From contig OZ025656.1 in assembly GCA_964019335.1 (NCBI GenBank), positions 186,001 to 250,000 on the forward strand: 64,000 nt of DNA, read 5' to 3'. This DNA comes from Diplonema japonicum. Taxonomy: Eukaryota > Protista > Euglenozoa: Diplonemea. Within the stretch, counting starts at the first letter, position 1. Every line of letters starts with the position of its first letter. Below the pieces are notes generated by a model, which did not search any database, was not told the DNA's origin, and saw nothing but the letters and a program-made list of their open reading frames with translations. Below, piece by piece: positions 61,538 to 64,000 of the stretch. Position numbers and translations under genes: made by a program.

Positions 61538-61705
61538 ACGAAAAAAAAAAAAAAAAAAAAAAAAAAAAGTGATGGCTGGTTTGTAAGAACGCTTTCTAGG
61601 TTCGTTCAACACTATTTAAGAATTTTTTTTTTTGACCTCAATCTTTTTCAAAAAATAAAAAATAAAGAACTGTCACAGGTTGGAGAGGAAGAGAGATAAA
61701 AAGAA

Positions 61706-63109
61706 ATGTTTACGATAGTGAAGTTACTGGTTTTTGTGTTGCTCTGCGTCGGCCTGGCGGCGGCGGCGGAGCCGAGTTACTATGACGTGTTGGAAGTTGG
61801 GAAGTATGCAGACAGCGAACAGATTAAAGCGTCCTATAAGAAATTAGCTAGGGTGTGGCACCCGGACCTTCACGAGGATAAGGACCTCGCCACGGAGAAG
61901 ATGAAACAAATCAACGAGGCCAAAGACACACTGATGGACGCAAGCAAGCGAGAGAAGTACGACCGCATGGTACAGAGAATGCAGTCGGTGAACTCCTTCG
62001 CCGTCGTTGGCGAGCTCCCGACCATCGTCTTGATCTACTTCACATGCCCTGTCTACTTCAGCTTTCGCTTCAACACATTCATTGCATCGTTCTTATGCAC
62101 CTCGATGCTTCTTCTTCACATTCCTGCTCTTATTGCATGCTACTTGTTCTACAAGTACGCCCTTTGGGGACCCGTTCCCAAGGAGAAGCGCGAGAAGATG
62201 CTGCGAATCTCCATCCCTGTGAGGGTGATGATGCTGTTTATTATTTCCGGATTTTTCGCAGTCTTCATGATTTCGTTCACTGAATACATTGTATGGGGGG
62301 GGAAAAAAAAAGAAGAAAAGAAAAAAAAATCACAGCCGTGGCTTGGTTGCTGGATCCTTACCCCTTCACTGGCTATGTGGGCTGTGGATCTCGTTTTGTG
62401 CGTGGGCTCAAAAACGGGTATGAAAGGGGGGACACAAAAAAAAAAAAAAACTCTCACAGAAAAGAAGTTCAACGGTCCAGGAGGGTCGCCCCGTATGGTG
62501 ACGAAAACGATTCACAAAAGACCTGAATGGTTGCCGTTCTGGGTCTCTTTGACTGATCTCATGGACGCTGCCTCGGATTTCATCCACGGGCTGGACAATG
62601 ATCCAGAAGTGGTGGTGGAGAGCACCCGTACTGCGGAGTACGAGTACCGTTACAGAAAGTGCGATTTGGAAGAAGAGCGGACCAAAGCGGAACAGCTGAA
62701 GCAAGACAAGATTGACAAAAAGGACAAGGAAGCGAAGGACAGACATGAAAAGGAAACATTGAGAAGAGAAAAGGCCGATCTGATCCAGAAGAGTGTCAAG
62801 AAATCGACGATTGAAGCTGTATCGCAGAATTCAGCTGCCAAAAAGGAGCCGGAAAAGAAGGTTAAGCCGGCCCCGAAGCCTGCTGCTGCTAAGAAGGGAG
62901 AAGTGCCCAACGTCACTTCCACTGGGTCGGCGGCGTGGACAACCGACCAACAAAGAGAGTTCGAGAAGGCACTTCGCAAGGCCCCTTCTGGCACCCGTGA
63001 CCGCTGGGAGACCATCGCGTCGCAGGTCGAAGGGAAAACCTCTAAAGAATGTGCTGACCGCTTCAAGGAACTCTCGTCTTTACGTACAACCCTCCGCACT
63101 GCTAAGTAA
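61706..63109 (+). CDS. DNAJC1/ERdj1-like protein (signal peptide, J domain, transmembrane helices, SANT/Myb), 438 aa; exons 61706-62290, 62336-62417, 62460-63109
   Basis: SYYDVLEV..WHPD; WTTDQQREFEKAL..DRWETIASQVEGKTSKEC. Two in-frame A-rich introns (62291-62335, 62418-62459; GTATG..CACAG) explain the poly-K inserts in the ORF. Confidence 0.88.
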   Translation: MFTIVKLLVFVLLCVGLAAAAEPSYYDVLEVGKYADSEQIKASYKKLARVWHPDLHEDKDLATEKMKQINEAKDTLMDASKREKYDRMVQRMQSVNSFAVVGELPTIVLIYFTCPVYFSFRFNTFIASFLCTSMLLLHIPALIACYLFYKYALWGPVPKEKREKMLRISIPVRVMMLFIISGFFAVFMISFTEYIVWGGKKKEEKKKKSQPWLGCWILTPSLAMWAVDLVLCVGSKTGMKGGTQKKKKTLTEKKFNGPGGSPRMVTKTIHKRPEWLPFWVSLTDLMDAASDFIHGLDNDPEVVVESTRTAEYEYRYRKCDLEEERTKAEQLKQDKIDKKDKEAKDRHEKETLRREKADLIQKSVKKSTIEAVSQNSAAKKEPEKKVKPAPKPAAAKKGEVPNVTSTGSAAWTTDQQREFEKALRKAPSGTRDRWETIASQVEGKTSKECADRFKELSSLRTTLRTAK

Positions 63110-63371
63110 GAATGAAGAAATAGTGCGGGGGGGGGGGGGGGGGGGCGGTGGTGCATATAACACCTTTGATCAAATTATTGCTATTATTGTTGCGTTCCCT
63201 TTTTTTTTGTACACAAACCTATAACAGGAAGGGAGGAGGTGAAATACACAAAAAAAAAAAAGAAAGGAAATACTATAAAAAGAAGAAGAAAAAAAGAGGT
63301 TATAAAAAAAAAAAATACAACGAGAAAACACACAAAAGAAGAAGAAAAGAAAACCCCGTAAACCATTATAC

Positions 63372-64000
63372 ATGGATGGCGAGGGGGCTGTCCCATCGCC
63401 ATTTGGGATTGTAGAGGAACTATGCAAGAAGGGCGTGGACAGGGATGGGCTGGGGAGTGTGTTCGTGGAGTTGATAACGACAGTGAGGGGGTGGTGTAGT
63501 GATGATGCGGGGTCGGAGCACAAAGATGTTTTATGCCACATGGGTCAATTGTTCGAAAGCGTTGAGAAAGTGAAATTCGTGCCTGCAGAAATGTGCGGCC
63601 TGGCTGCAGTGTGCTCGGTGCTTGCTCTCAAGTCACTGTTGAAAGCGGAAAACGCAGAACAAGCCCAACCGGCTCTGTACTGTCTCGTTTCCATCTTCAA
63701 AAAGGGCACAGGTGGGGTATTGCGATCTAAAACGATGCCTGGCAACGCCCCCACAGCCTCGCAAGGCCACCCAGTTACTCCTACTAACAAGCTTGTCCGG
63801 TGTGGTGCTATACAAAAAGCAGCTCTTGGGTCAATATCAAAGTTCCTCAGTGGTTCTATGACCAGCTTCTTCACCTCCCAGACTACTAAATGGGCCGCAC
63901 AAGACCCAGCCTCCACAGCTTCCATTCTACGCATCTCTGGTCTTCTTCTGGACGACCCCGAGCCTGTCCTCAGTGCGCTCCTCGCAGCCATACAGACACC
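63372..64000 (+). CDS. Hypothetical protein, 3'-truncated by the window
   Basis: ATG at 63372 (MDGEGAVPSPFGIVEELCKK...) and frame open to the end; absent from the ORF track because it has no stop. Confidence 0.75.
   Translation, partial: MDGEGAVPSPFGIVEELCKKGVDRDGLGSVFVELITTVRGWCSDDAGSEHKDVLCHMGQLFESVEKVKFVPAEMCGLAAVCSVLALKSLLKAENAEQAQPALYCLVSIFKKGTGGVLRSKTMPGNAPTASQGHPVTPTNKLVRCGAIQKAALGSISKFLSGSMTSFFTSQTTKWAAQDPASTASILRISGLLLDDPEPVLSALLAAIQT

Overview
This is eukaryotic (protist) nuclear DNA, not prokaryotic. I reconstruct 24 protein-coding genes, all on the + strand, separated by spacers dominated by homopolymer runs. They carry 25 predicted very short GT-AG introns (33-71 nt; donor mostly GTATG, acceptor mostly ACAG), many with poly-A, G-rich or microsatellite interiors and no polypyrimidine tract. 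The layout suggests a euglenozoan, diplonemid-like genome (inference). Genes: two large coiled-coil proteins each with one annexin-like repeat, a triple SH3-like barrel protein, sphingosine-1-phosphate lyase, an RBPMS-like RRM protein, a PUB-NZF-RING-LON E3 ligase, MFAP1, a small beta-grasp/DCX-like protein, six tandem UBC4/UBE2D E2 genes, a degenerate FCP1/SCP-like protein, a small coiled-coil protein, a helical-repeat protein, an HMG-box/zinc-finger protein with two PP1-docking motifs, two NTF2-like + zinc-ribbon + CCCH paralogues, an RRM protein with a novel repeat, an intronless divergent axonemal dynein heavy chain, a DNAJC1-like protein and a truncated ORF. Best candidates for undescribed biology: (i) a recurring ~30-nt stem-loop with structure-preserving substitutions in four downstream non-coding regions, two behind the CCCH paralogues; (ii) homologous introns that are poly-A in one paralogue and poly-T in the next; (iii) a ubiquitin-conjugation neighbourhood with a novel E3 architecture beside a mosaic E2 array. 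Gene models and domain calls were made by eye; no searches were run.
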